Source: a virus
Lineage: Duplodnaviria > Caudoviricetes
Length of the DNA stretch: 53,732 nucleotides
IMG/VR virus record: IMGVR_UViG_3300031999_000026
Location: 1 to 53,732 of that record
Strand: one strand, 5' to 3'
In this document: positions 1-10,014 of the stretch, piece by piece
How positions within the stretch are numbered: the first letter of the stretch is position 1
Layout of the letters: every line of letters begins with the position of its first letter
Program-made: the position numbers and the translations under genes
The notes under the pieces: generated by a model
The model's database searches: none
What the model was told of the DNA's origin: nothing
The model's input: only the letters and a program-made list of their open reading frames with translations

Positions 1-66
1 TATATTATCGATAATGTGTTTAGTTAAATCGGTATTTTCTACATTATTAATTTGCTCATTTTCCAT
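1..66 (-). CDS. partial hypothetical protein (5' end; runs off window)
   Basis: ATG at 66, MENEQINNVENTDLTKHIIDNI open to window edge; late-promoter-like motif just upstream. Confidence 0.4.
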   Translation of the reverse strand, partial: MENEQINNVENTDLTKHIIDNI

Positions 67-97
67 AAGTTTCTGTTTATTTTATATATTCTATAAT

Positions 98-126
98 AAA
101 AAAGGAGCAAAGTTTTTGCTCCTTTT
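98..126 (-). terminator. intrinsic terminator
   Basis: AAAAGGAGCAAA-loop-TTTGCTCCTTTT hairpin with T tract, just downstream of 163..1569. Confidence 0.75.
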
Positions 127-162
127 ATAATAAAATTATAATTCATCAGTATAGTAATCCTG

Positions 163-1569
163 TTAGGTCGCCTGTGGATCAGTTGCTAAGATCGGGCTAA
201 ATGATAATCCGGCTGGGCCAAATACTGTATCTGCAGTATAAGGTTGATATCCATATTTACGTACTACTGTTCTTACTGGAATATCAGCTGAGTAGATAAT
301 ATTTGATGAAGATAAAGATACAGCATTTATTGAACCATCTAATAAAGGAACATATATTGAATTATCCATTCCCAGTCCTATAGGTGATGGAGAAACTCCA
401 GTAAATACAGAAGCATCAAATCCAGTATATGTAAATCTTGTATCACCTATTCTAAAAGAACCAGTTTGAGGAGTCTTGTTAATATCTATATCTGTAGTTG
501 TATAAAGTGAATTAGCAGTAGATGCATCTATTCTATACATGTTTTTTACAATACCGACACCTAAAATACTTACTTCGGATACAAATATATTGCAACCGGC
601 AAGATTAGCATGGGTAGCTGTAACTTTTTGATAATTAGGAGGGGATTGAGTAACATCAAGAGAATCTTTTAATACAAATGATGCCGTTGCATAATTACTA
701 AACCATACTCCTCTAGCACCATATACTGTAGTTCCTGCAAGTGTTCCAAATGGAGCAACTTTTATTTCTGACCAATTACCTTCACTAGCTGATCTATATT
801 CTTGTCCAGCATCAGCATTTAAAACTCTTGTAGAACCGTATCTAGTAACAAATTTTAAAGCTTCATAAACTTGAGGCATTGTATGTCCAGAACAATCTAC
901 TTCAACTTGATAAGATCTTAATCCTGCACCATTATTAAGGTTTCTTGAAATAGCTGCAAATCCTATTGAAAGATCATTTGCCCAAGTAGAAGCATCTGCA
1001 ATTGCACTTGCATTTCCTGCATCTGCGGCTGTATTCACACCAACAGGGTTTCTACCACCACCAGCTAAGTCAACATATCCGTGGTCATATAAATCCCCGT
1101 ATTTTCTAGCATAAACCCAAACTCCTCCATCTGTTTGAACCCCTGCTGTATTTTCTGATTTAATCCAGGTTCCTCCAGATTTTACCATTACTAAAATATC
1201 TATATTTCCTGTACTCCACCAAGGAGTAATTTCTGCATCATTTTGAAATAAAACAATTTGTGTTCCGGCAGCTTGAGAACCAATTGAATATAGGTTAGCC
1301 CACACATAGTTACTATCTGATGATGTAATACCTCCCCCACTTAAAAACTTATAATCTGATGTGGGAGCACCAAATGCCCAACTATTTACCCAACGATAAA
1401 CTGTAGGTGTATCTGATACAAATGCATAATCATCATCCATTTGTGATGAAGCAGCAAAGGTAGCTGCTAACCATTGAAAAAATGATAATACAGTATAAAC
1501 TGTTGCTCCTGAAGAGTGAGTCACGGTTTTAGCACTGTAATTTATTGTAAAATCTGAAGCTATTGGCAT
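163..1569 (-). CDS. putative virion structural protein
   Basis: 468 aa, G/S/T/A-rich beta-type composition; C-terminal VRKYGYQPY...DPQ motif shared with the neighbouring gene; late-like promoter at 1593-1606. Confidence 0.55.
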   Translation of the reverse strand: MPIASDFTINYSAKTVTHSSGATVYTVLSFFQWLAATFAASSQMDDDYAFVSDTPTVYRWVNSWAFGAPTSDYKFLSGGGITSSDSNYVWANLYSIGSQAAGTQIVLFQNDAEITPWWSTGNIDILVMVKSGGTWIKSENTAGVQTDGGVWVYARKYGDLYDHGYVDLAGGGRNPVGVNTAADAGNASAIADASTWANDLSIGFAAISRNLNNGAGLRSYQVEVDCSGHTMPQVYEALKFVTRYGSTRVLNADAGQEYRSASEGNWSEIKVAPFGTLAGTTVYGARGVWFSNYATASFVLKDSLDVTQSPPNYQKVTATHANLAGCNIFVSEVSILGVGIVKNMYRIDASTANSLYTTTDIDINKTPQTGSFRIGDTRFTYTGFDASVFTGVSPSPIGLGMDNSIYVPLLDGSINAVSLSSSNIIYSADIPVRTVVRKYGYQPYTADTVFGPAGLSFSPILATDPQAT

Positions 1570-1592
1570 ATTTTAAATTTTTTTAGTTTTTC

Positions 1593-1606
1593 TTTATTTA
1601 TATATC
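1593..1606 (-). promoter_or_regulatory. putative late promoter (GATATATAAATAAA)
   Basis: contains T4 late consensus TATAAATA; related motif recurs at ~76-91, 3227-3238, 5263-5279, 6333-6349, 46102-46116, 49277-49294, 53457-53473. Confidence 0.55.
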
Positions 1607-1628
1607 TTTATAATATAAATTATTTTTG

Positions 1629-3203
1629 TTATATTTGTTGAGGATCTGCTATCATTGTTACTGGAATATCTTTAGCTCCTGTTGCTGGTATAGATGATAG
1701 TGCAACAAAGGGTTTATAACCATATTTTCTTGCTCGCCAAGTTGCAGTTGCTACTGCCCCACCGGTCCAAACTACTGATGCTATTCCTGATCCATTTGTT
1801 GAAGAATTCATGATAAATGGTGGTGCAACTGATGGATCAACGTTATCTATAAATGTTAATATTCCTTGTATCGGATTTCCGGCTTCATTTGTAACTGTCA
1901 TTGTTAAAGTTGATGAAGATGCGAAAGTGGTTGTGGCATTAGTTCCGTTTCTAACTGATGGTGTGTCTCCACTTAAAACACTTAGAGTAACAAGACCACT
2001 GGAATTATTATATAACGCCTCATTTCCAGTAGAACCATCAACTGTTGCATAACTAGTAAAAGAAAATCCAGATAATGAATACGTACCTCCTGAACAATCC
2101 GAGGTTAATTGCATTGCATGATTCATTCCATTACTTTCAAATTTACATCCAGAAACAAGAGCTAAATTGTTAACAAGAAATGATGTGCCTGTTGAAGCAT
2201 TTGAAAATGTACAATTAGTAAATGTACTTCCACCTTGTGTTACTTGTCTACAACGTCTAAATGTACTACTTGTTAAAACAGATTTTGATTTAAAAATAAA
2301 AGTATCCATACCAGTAAATACACATGAAGTAATATTTACACTAGCATCATCAATACATTCAAATTTCCCCCTTGAAACAGTTCCAAGAGCCGAAAAACTT
2401 ATGTTACTCCAATTCACTAGTGAAGAGGCTTGTCTTATTTCATAACTATTAAAAGAAGGTAAAACTTTTTTAGTATTAGCAATAAGGATACTTGTATTAC
2501 TATCTATGAAAGTTACTGCTGAAGTGTAACCCAATGTCACAAGCCCTTGTTGCAAATATCCACCATCAATAGCTTGAATCAATCCCCAACGATTTTGTGA
2601 TGTATCATTTACAGCAGCATATCCTGAAAATGTAGCATAATTTCCAGTTTCCCCACCATTTATTCTCGCCTCACAACGACCATATCTAATAGCATCGATA
2701 CCCGTTCCACCTTTAGCGTTAGCCAACTGGTTAATTGCACCACCAAACCATTGTTTTGTAGCAGTTGGAGCTCCTATTGTATAATCTGCAACTCCGTTAT
2801 TAATAGATGGATTTACTGCAAAACAGTTCCAACCACCGTAAGAATATGTATCTTTTCCTTTTACAGTCCAAGCATTAAAAGCAGTAGCTGAACTACCAAT
2901 AATTACACGCATACCACCACTGGCTTCAGTATCAATGTTGTTTGGACATTGCTGCATCATCCATGTTAAAACAGCACCGTTTAAAGGAATATTTATACCT
3001 GAACCAAAATTCATTACAAATCCTCCAAGTCCAACACCCCCAGTAGTCATATATTTCGCAACACAGTTCTGCCCTTGTATAAAAAAGTCCGGTTCAATAA
3101 TAGGGTTTGCTCCTGCTGTCCATGTACCAGTTTCTACCCAAGTTCCAATAACTTCAGAAAGTTCTATATTCGTTAAATCTGTTGTATATGAAGGTGCAGC
3201 CAT
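1629..3203 (-). CDS. putative virion/fibre protein with beta-helix-like segment
   Basis: 524 aa; repeated xxCxFxx/xSxFxx strands (ITSCVF, TSSTF, TNCTF, SGCKF); C-terminal ARKYGYKPF...DPQ motif. Confidence 0.55.
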   Translation of the reverse strand: MAAPSYTTDLTNIELSEVIGTWVETGTWTAGANPIIEPDFFIQGQNCVAKYMTTGGVGLGGFVMNFGSGINIPLNGAVLTWMMQQCPNNIDTEASGGMRVIIGSSATAFNAWTVKGKDTYSYGGWNCFAVNPSINNGVADYTIGAPTATKQWFGGAINQLANAKGGTGIDAIRYGRCEARINGGETGNYATFSGYAAVNDTSQNRWGLIQAIDGGYLQQGLVTLGYTSAVTFIDSNTSILIANTKKVLPSFNSYEIRQASSLVNWSNISFSALGTVSRGKFECIDDASVNITSCVFTGMDTFIFKSKSVLTSSTFRRCRQVTQGGSTFTNCTFSNASTGTSFLVNNLALVSGCKFESNGMNHAMQLTSDCSGGTYSLSGFSFTSYATVDGSTGNEALYNNSSGLVTLSVLSGDTPSVRNGTNATTTFASSSTLTMTVTNEAGNPIQGILTFIDNVDPSVAPPFIMNSSTNGSGIASVVWTGGAVATATWRARKYGYKPFVALSSIPATGAKDIPVTMIADPQQI

Positions 3204-3238
3204 GATATTTTTATTTTATTCTTTATAATTTATATATT

Positions 3239-4183
3239 TTAAGTTATATGTACAGCAATAACATTTGTATTAATATCTTTTTCGAATGTTACTGTTTTTA
3301 AGTTTAATCCGTAATTATTTATCAATATAGTAGATACATCTCCGTTAATATCATATACAAAATCTACTGTTTTTAATCCCGAATCATTAGTTGTAAGTAT
3401 TTGAGAAACTAATTCTCCTGAATAATAGAATGAAACATCTGAGGTTCTTGGTGAATATGTTGCGTAATCTATAGAAGAATCTAATCCCCCTATTGTATAT
3501 AATTCATTTATGGATAAATCTCTCGCATATAACGATCCATCTACATAAAATTGAGTAACTCCTCCGGCAATTACACTTACATCTGTATATAATTTTCCAC
3601 CTACCCAAATAAAATTATTGCTTAAAGAAACATCAGGAATATAAGTAGCTCGTATATTAGATAAAGATGAATCAACGTATGTTTGAGAAACTCCACTAGA
3701 TCCAGCAATACTTGGTTCTAAATATCCTTCTACCCATTTAAAATATGCGTCATTTAAAGAAGCTTCAGGAATATAGGTGGCTCTTATATTATTTAATGAT
3801 CCATCAATATATAATTGAGAAACTCCACCATCACCACCTATTACACTAACATCTAGAATTCCATTATCCCAATAAAATTGCGAAGTATTTAAAGAAGCAT
3901 CTGGAATATAAGTAGCTCTTATAGTATTATCTGCATTATCAACATATGATTGAGAAACTCCGCTCCCACCGATAACGCTAACATCCAAATAACCATTATT
4001 CCAAAAAAATTGCGCATGATTTAACGATGCGTCGTTAATATAATTTACTAAGAGGTTTTTTGATAGAGAGGTATCAACTATATTGATAATTTCACCTAAA
4101 CCATTATAATAACTGCCATCAATATATTGTATCAAATTGGCATAAGTTTCTGATACTTTTTTGCCAGTTAAATTATAATCCAT
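3239..4183 (-). CDS. fibre-like repeat protein
   Basis: four ~44-aa repeats YIPDASLN..F.W..G.LDVSVIGGxGVSQxYVD..L.NIRAT. Confidence 0.55.
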   Translation of the reverse strand: MDYNLTGKKVSETYANLIQYIDGSYYNGLGEIINIVDTSLSKNLLVNYINDASLNHAQFFWNNGYLDVSVIGGSGVSQSYVDNADNTIRATYIPDASLNTSQFYWDNGILDVSVIGGDGGVSQLYIDGSLNNIRATYIPEASLNDAYFKWVEGYLEPSIAGSSGVSQTYVDSSLSNIRATYIPDVSLSNNFIWVGGKLYTDVSVIAGGVTQFYVDGSLYARDLSINELYTIGGLDSSIDYATYSPRTSDVSFYYSGELVSQILTTNDSGLKTVDFVYDINGDVSTILINNYGLNLKTVTFEKDINTNVIAVHIT

Positions 4184-4187
4184 TACA

Positions 4188-4763
4188 TTATTCTTTTATA
4201 ATATTACTTAATTGTTTTTTAATTTCAATAATACGTTTTGTATCATTAACTGAATTTAATCTGCAATATTTTTCTACTAAATTATTAAATATAGTAGGGT
4301 TGTTAAATAAAGATTTGTAGTTTACTTTATTTTTTATTAGTATTTCAGATATATTATTTAAATCTTTAGAAACATCTATTTTTTCTTCTTTAAAATCAAT
4401 TTCTTCTTTCATTTTAAATGAAATTTTGGGTTTATTATTTTCTTCTTCAAATAAAGATTCGTTAATTTTAACTTCAACTTTTTTAGATAAATCAGTATGA
4501 TATTCACTTTCCCATGGTTTAAAAACTGTATCTTCAGCTATTACTTCTAATGATATTTTTCCAGTAAAATCTTCCTTTAATATTCCCTTTAATTTATTAA
4601 TTGGAATTTTAACAGTTCCGTCTGGTTTTATAGAACCTTTAAAAGTTATAGCAAAATGTTCAGATTCTAAAAGTAATCTTACTTCGCTTTTATTTAAGTC
4701 TGCGCCTTCAATTTGAATATCGCATTCAAAAATTTTATTTTGATCAAGAAATATTTTGTACAT
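4188..4763 (-). CDS. hypothetical protein
   Basis: 191 aa ORF tightly packed in operon. Confidence 0.7.
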   Translation of the reverse strand: MYKIFLDQNKIFECDIQIEGADLNKSEVRLLLESEHFAITFKGSIKPDGTVKIPINKLKGILKEDFTGKISLEVIAEDTVFKPWESEYHTDLSKKVEVKINESLFEEENNKPKISFKMKEEIDFKEEKIDVSKDLNNISEILIKNKVNYKSLFNNPTIFNNLVEKYCRLNSVNDTKRIIEIKKQLSNIIKE

Positions 4764-5082
4764 TCACTTTTATATTATTTAAGATTTCATCAATAATTAT
4801 ATTAATATGTTCAACAGTTATATTAATATCTTCATCATTTTTATATTTATATTCTTCAAATTCTGTTCCTTGTATTTTACAAACAATATGTAATATTTTT
4901 CGTTTTTTCTTTTCTGGTAATTTATTAAGATTTTTTAAATCATACCATCTTTTACCAGTTACAGGTAATATTCCAACAAAGGGTAAAACATCATTAATTA
5001 ATATACCAACTTCTTCCCAATTTAAATTAACTGATTCCCAGTTTATATTAACTTCTTCCCAATTATAATAAACAAATGGCAT
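4744..5082 (-). CDS. hypothetical protein
   Basis: 112 aa; NWEEV/NWESV triple motif at N-terminus. Confidence 0.65.
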   Translation of the reverse strand: MPFVYYNWEEVNINWESVNLNWEEVGILINDVLPFVGILPVTGKRWYDLKNLNKLPEKKKRKILHIVCKIQGTEFEEYKYKNDEDINITVEHINIIIDEILNNIKVNVQNIS

Positions 5083-5087
5083 TATGT

Positions 5088-5252
5088 TTATTTTAAATCT
5101 TTTAAAAGTTGTGTATATTCATCTTCTGTCGTATTTTTAGTTTTTTCCTTTATTTTTATATCTGTAGAAACTAATTCAGAAGATTCATTAATTTTCTTAT
5201 TTTTATTTACAAATTCTTCTAATGATTCAGATGTCAATATTATTTTTTTCAT
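5088..5252 (-). CDS. small hypothetical protein (54 aa, not in ORF track)
   Basis: MKKIILTSESLEEFVNKNKKINESS...; fills the gap; late-like motif upstream. Confidence 0.5.
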   Translation of the reverse strand: MKKIILTSESLEEFVNKNKKINESSELVSTDIKIKEKTKNTTEDEYTQLLKDLK

Positions 5253-5309
5253 TTTAATAAATGTTTTATTTTATATATTAACGAACTATTAACTTCACTT
5301 CACCTATTA

Positions 5310-5540
5310 TTAAAAGTCATAAAAATTCTTTCCCATATTTTCTATAAACCAATCTCGAAGTTTGCCATTTAATTTATGTAAATCATCATCATTTAATTTA
5401 GGATAAATTCTTTTACGAAGATAATTGATTATCTCATAAAAATAATGATCAACTATAACATCACTTTGTTTTAAAGATTCATTCTGTTTATTCATAAGAC
5501 CAGGATTGACACAAATAGATTCTTTTACTAGTTTTTTCAT
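5310..5540 (-). CDS. hypothetical protein with VxES leader
   Basis: begins MKKLVKESI. Confidence 0.65.
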   Translation of the reverse strand: MKKLVKESICVNPGLMNKQNESLKQSDVIVDHYFYEIINYLRKRIYPKLNDDDLHKLNGKLRDWFIENMGKNFYDF

Positions 5541-5542
5541 AA

Positions 5543-5992
5543 TTATTCTTTATTTTCTTCATTTACTGTTATTGCGCGATTATTGTATTTTATTTCTTCT
5601 AAAATAATATTTTTAAATTCTATTTTCCTTATAGATCCATTTCTAAATTTAAATAAAAATGTGTTTTCTCCCATTTTTGCCATAGGGATTCCGTATAATA
5701 TTTTAGTTAAATCGTTCTTTAATCTAAATTTAACAATTCTTCTATTAAATTCAGGAAATTTAAGTTCATTAACTAATGCTTTGTGTAATTCATCATCAAA
5801 CCCATCTTCTTCGATGTCTATAGAATCGGTGTCAATCATATCAGATACATCAATGTCGATATCTTTAGTTTCTTCATCTTCTTCAGTATCACCCCATTTA
5901 TCAGTAGCACCAATTAAACGCGGAGTTTTTGTCTTTATATCTCTAATTTGTTTTGTAAATTCGTATAATGATTCTCTAACCATTGTTAACAT
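5543..5992 (-). CDS. hypothetical acidic protein with VxES leader
   Basis: begins MLTMVRESLYE. Confidence 0.65.
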   Translation of the reverse strand: MLTMVRESLYEFTKQIRDIKTKTPRLIGATDKWGDTEEDEETKDIDIDVSDMIDTDSIDIEEDGFDDELHKALVNELKFPEFNRRIVKFRLKNDLTKILYGIPMAKMGENTFLFKFRNGSIRKIEFKNIILEEIKYNNRAITVNEENKE

Positions 5993-5993
5993 A

Positions 5994-6326
5994 TTATTTT
6001 ATGATTTTAATACCACCTACACCATTAAAATTATCACTATCTGATTCAATTTCCTCTATAAATTTATTAAATTCTTTTAATATTCCTACTTCATCAGCCA
6101 AACGTTTAACATAAGACATTGATCTTATGTTATCATTTTCATCAAAAAATCTCCAATAATTAGTATCATTATTTTCTTTTCCAAAACTCCATTCAATTTT
6201 AAATCTTGGCTTATCAACATCTTCATATTGTGCTCTACTTAATAGATATGAACCACGAATCGGTTGATTTCGTGTATTATTTGTGAATGGTTGTTGAATA
6301 ATTTCATTAACTAATTTTGCTCTCAT
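5994..6326 (-). CDS. hypothetical protein with VxE leader
   Basis: begins MRAKLVNEII; TATAAATA motif immediately upstream. Confidence 0.65.
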   Translation of the reverse strand: MRAKLVNEIIQQPFTNNTRNQPIRGSYLLSRAQYEDVDKPRFKIEWSFGKENNDTNYWRFFDENDNIRSMSYVKRLADEVGILKEFNKFIEEIESDSDNFNGVGGIKIIK

Positions 6327-6332
6327 ATCTAT

Positions 6333-6349
6333 TTTTTATTTATATATTC
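6333..6349 (-). promoter_or_regulatory. putative late promoter (GAATATATAAATAAA)
   Basis: TATAAATA core just upstream of the ATG at 6326. Confidence 0.55.
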
Positions 6350-6387
6350 AAAGCAAAAGGAGCTTTATGTTCTTTTGTTATATAAAC

Positions 6388-6420
6388 AAAAAGAAAAAAG
6401 TCACTATTGCTAATGACTTT
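6388..6420 (-). terminator. intrinsic terminator after gp46
   Basis: AAAGTCATTA-GCAA-TAGTGACTTT stem with GNRA loop followed by a T-rich tract. Confidence 0.7.
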
Positions 6421-6446
6421 AATTATAAGATTATTTTAACTTTTTA

Positions 6447-8117
6447 TTATTCATCAAGATGTGTAATAATTAAATCAGAAAATCCATTATTTTTTTCTAT
6501 TTCAATTTTATGTGAAAAAAATTCTATTGGTAAAATACTGTGATTAATTACGAATATATTCATATTTAATTCTTTTGCAGAATTTTTTAGAACACCAAGA
6601 ACATCAAATATTTTATCACCATCAAGAGAAGATAAAACTTCATCTAACATAAAAATGTTTAATTGTGGATATTTCCTTTTTAACATTCTTATAATTGAAA
6701 TAAGAACAGTAATATCTGCAAGTTTTTTTTCTCCTGTACTTAATGTATCAACTCCTATTTCGAATCCCAAATGATGCATCTCTGGTTCAAAATCTGCATT
6801 AAAGAATAAAGTATAAGGAAAATGAAGTTCATGAAGAGTAAATTCAATTTCTTTATTAAGTGTTGGTAAATAACTTTCCAATATTTTCTTTTTAACTCCC
6901 GTATCCGAATAAAGTTGTTCAAGAATTGCTAAGTATTTATATTCTTCATCAAATTTAACCTTTTCATTACTCTTTGCTGTTAATGTTGTTGTGTTATTAG
7001 ATATAATATTTTGAATACTTGTAAATTCTTTAGGTTTATCCATTTTTAATTTAGTCATTTCAGCTTCAATAGTATTATAAAGTGTTTGAACTTGAATAAT
7101 AAAATTATTTATAGTAGTAATTCCTTCTTGTATTTTATTTGATGCTAATGTATATTTACTTTCTTCTGAATTTATTACATTTAATTCATTATTTTTAAGT
7201 ATAATATTCTCTTGTAATTGTTCTTTAATTAAATTAAATCTTGATTCAGAAAAAGGCGTTGCACAAGTAGGACATTTTTCTTGTTTAAATAAATCATTTT
7301 GTTCTTTTAAGTGTTTTATATCATGTTGTATTTTCATTCTTTGACGTTGAAAAACTGAGTACGCTTCATTTATTTCAGTTCTTTTATTTTCGTATATTTT
7401 CTTTTTATCATAACCGTTTTGTAATTTGGGTTTATACGCTTCTAACTTCTTTGATAATTGTATAATTTTTAAACTATTATCTTGTATTATTTGATCTTTT
7501 AATTTTTGTAGTTCTTTAACAGCAACATCAATGTTATTTTTTAATGATATTATTTCACGATCAAATAAATCCATGTTCATTTTTACATCTCGCAAATCTC
7601 TTTTTACCAACTCATTCATTTTATTGATAATCTCTATGGCAAACAATTTATCAATAATGATTCTCTTATCATAAGGAGTCATTGATATAAAAGATTTAAA
7701 ATCATTAATACTTAATGAAATAATATTTGAGAAAATATGATATGGTAATCCAGTGACTTCAAGATCTATATATGTTTGATAATCTACAATTCCCGCCTTT
7801 CCAATATCATTATCATTTTTTTCAACTAAAAGGGTTGATGGTAAAAAATTACGCTCAATAGTTATGTGTGTTTCAGGAGAAGTTCGAAAAGTTCCTTTAA
7901 TCCAAGCATGTATATTTAATCTATTTGCAATTTCATTTTTCTTAAATCTATCTAATCTTCCATATAAAAGAATTTTCGGAAGGTTAACAAAAAAACTTTT
8001 TCCAGCGCCATTTCTACCCAACACCATCCAGAGCCCACCTTCTTCTGGAAAATCAATTCGTTGAAGACGATTTCCGAATGGCCCTACATTTCGAAATTCA
8101 AGAGAATTTATATGCAT
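6447..8117 (-). CDS. gp46: Rad50/SbcC-like recombination ATPase (T4 gp46-like)
   Basis: Walker A GRNGAGKS, coiled coil with CPTC zinc hook, signature LSTGE, Walker B/D-loop FMLDEVLSSLD, H-loop. Confidence 0.93.
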   Translation of the reverse strand: MHINSLEFRNVGPFGNRLQRIDFPEEGGLWMVLGRNGAGKSFFVNLPKILLYGRLDRFKKNEIANRLNIHAWIKGTFRTSPETHITIERNFLPSTLLVEKNDNDIGKAGIVDYQTYIDLEVTGLPYHIFSNIISLSINDFKSFISMTPYDKRIIIDKLFAIEIINKMNELVKRDLRDVKMNMDLFDREIISLKNNIDVAVKELQKLKDQIIQDNSLKIIQLSKKLEAYKPKLQNGYDKKKIYENKRTEINEAYSVFQRQRMKIQHDIKHLKEQNDLFKQEKCPTCATPFSESRFNLIKEQLQENIILKNNELNVINSEESKYTLASNKIQEGITTINNFIIQVQTLYNTIEAEMTKLKMDKPKEFTSIQNIISNNTTTLTAKSNEKVKFDEEYKYLAILEQLYSDTGVKKKILESYLPTLNKEIEFTLHELHFPYTLFFNADFEPEMHHLGFEIGVDTLSTGEKKLADITVLISIIRMLKRKYPQLNIFMLDEVLSSLDGDKIFDVLGVLKNSAKELNMNIFVINHSILPIEFFSHKIEIEKNNGFSDLIITHLDE

Positions 8118-8147
8118 TTATAGATTAAAAAATTATGAATATTTTAT

Positions 8148-8633
8148 TTAAATACAATTATTATTAATTTCTCGTAATAACTCTTTTATTTCTTCTATCA
8201 TTGTATCTAAAGATGTGTGTATAATTTGTTCTGAACGTCCTAAAGTAGTTTGTATCATAACATCTTGTTTTCTTGTATATTCTGGATCAATCCCTACAAA
8301 AATATGTCTTTCTGAGAACATTCCATGAGCACCATATTCATATAAAACTATAGGATTTAGTGACCCACGAGAAAACCAGAATAAAATCATATCTGCATCT
8401 CTTAAATGATTAAATTCCCATGTAATTTGTTCTTCACTTGCTAAAGGATCCTCTATCGGAGAGTTTTTTCTACGCGGATTATAGATAGTAAGATTTTTAA
8501 CATCCTGTAATTCTCCTACTACGTAATTTTGCCAATCTTCGCAGCCAGCAATTCCTCCAGCTAAAAATAATTTAATATTATTATTATTATATAATGAATA
8601 GACTTCTTTGGGTGCTTCAATAATTAGTGCCAT
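8148..8633 (-). CDS. nucleoside 2-deoxyribosyltransferase-like protein
   Basis: LFLAGGI..C.DWQ, YNPRR, QITWE, LYEYG motifs. Confidence 0.75.
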   Translation of the reverse strand: MALIIEAPKEVYSLYNNNNIKLFLAGGIAGCEDWQNYVVGELQDVKNLTIYNPRRKNSPIEDPLASEEQITWEFNHLRDADMILFWFSRGSLNPIVLYEYGAHGMFSERHIFVGIDPEYTRKQDVMIQTTLGRSEQIIHTSLDTMIEEIKELLREINNNCI

Positions 8634-8651
8634 ATTTTTAAAGTATTAAAT

Positions 8652-9767
8652 TTATATAATATTTTCATTGTTAGCTTTTTCATAAAATTTTCTATTCATA
8701 ATTTTTAATTTAACTAGTATTTCCATTTGATATCCAAGATCATCTATATTCATTTCTAACAGAGTTAAAATATCTCGAATATCAATGTTTTGTAGCGCAT
8801 TACTTAATTCATCATCAAGTTTTTTTCTTTCATTGGCTGTTTCAATTTTTTTATATTTACAATCCTTCAATATATCTATAAACTTAGTTAAATTAAATAA
8901 ATGTATATATTTGTCAGGAACTATAATATCCGTATAATTGTTGTTTAATAGTTTTATGGTGTCATCTAAAGAAAGTTCTAAAATTCCTTCTAAAAATATT
9001 CGTTGAAATATAGGTGAAAAATCATTTAAGATAAACGAGAAGGAATCCGTTTCAGGATTAAATAAATATAATCCTTTACTATTTCCAATATCTGAACGTT
9101 TCGTATGATACGGAGAGCCAATATAAATAAAGTTTCCTATTTCTTGTCTTTTATGAATATGCCCCGAAAATAACTTTTTAATATTTTTTTTGAATTTAAA
9201 TAAATTTGCTCCAGAAGTTTTAATTTCTCTTCCGTTATCATACTTAAATCCATTTATATCTATATGCGCAAAAACATAATCAATATTATTATTTGTATGA
9301 ATATAATTTTCTTCATCTTCTTTATTACCTATCCATGGTAAAATGAGTATTTTAGAATTACCATTTGTAACAATTGTGGGTTTTTGAAAAACAAATACAT
9401 TTGGTATAAATCTTAATGCAGCAATCGAGTTAATATCTGTATCATATTTCTTATAAATATCATGATTTCCTGTTAAAATACATATAGGAAGTATTTCAGC
9501 TAATTCAATAATTATATCAATAGCAGTGTTCATCATATAAATATCTAGAAGTTGACGATTGTCAAAAATATCTCCTAGTATGAATAAATGATCATTTTCT
9601 TTAACATTTTCTTTAATATATGGAATATAAAAATCTTTAAAAAATATTTTTATATTTTGTAACCATTCTAAAGAATTAGCTCGAACTCCTATATGTAAAT
9701 CACTTAAAAGAAAAATTCTATTATAATTAATATATTGTGTATTTAATTTAAAAGAGGTTACTTGCAT
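8652..9767 (-). CDS. gp47: Mre11/SbcD-like nuclease (T4 gp47-like)
   Basis: SDLH, GDIFD, GNHD, GHIH metallophosphoesterase motifs; near gp46. Confidence 0.92.
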   Translation of the reverse strand: MQVTSFKLNTQYINYNRIFLLSDLHIGVRANSLEWLQNIKIFFKDFYIPYIKENVKENDHLFILGDIFDNRQLLDIYMMNTAIDIIIELAEILPICILTGNHDIYKKYDTDINSIAALRFIPNVFVFQKPTIVTNGNSKILILPWIGNKEDEENYIHTNNNIDYVFAHIDINGFKYDNGREIKTSGANLFKFKKNIKKLFSGHIHKRQEIGNFIYIGSPYHTKRSDIGNSKGLYLFNPETDSFSFILNDFSPIFQRIFLEGILELSLDDTIKLLNNNYTDIIVPDKYIHLFNLTKFIDILKDCKYKKIETANERKKLDDELSNALQNIDIRDILTLLEMNIDDLGYQMEILVKLKIMNRKFYEKANNENII

Positions 9768-9782
9768 TTATAATATTTATTA

Positions 9783-10013
9783 TTAAATATGTAATTGTTC
9801 TTCTTTAATTACAACTTTTGTTTTAGCATTAAAAGCATTTTCTAAATCAATTCTCATTACTCTATTAAATATTTGTTCATTTACAAAATCTGGAGAAGGA
9901 TCGAATTCTACATCAATATTATATAATTTTAGTATTTCTTTTATTATATAAATTACTCTTGATTTACCAGTTTTAGCTTTACCGGATACTGCTATAGTTA
10001 TTTCGTTTTTCAT
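9783..10013 (-). CDS. hypothetical protein with P-loop-like N-terminus
   Basis: SGKAKTGKS in a 76-aa ORF. Confidence 0.5.
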   Translation of the reverse strand: MKNEITIAVSGKAKTGKSRVIYIIKEILKLYNIDVEFDPSPDFVNEQIFNRVMRIDLENAFNAKTKVVIKEEQLHI

Positions 10014-10014
10014 A

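Noticed and set aside
9783-10013. Functional kinase/NTPase from the P-loop-like motif
   Set aside because: Only 76 aa, with no further NTPase motifs.
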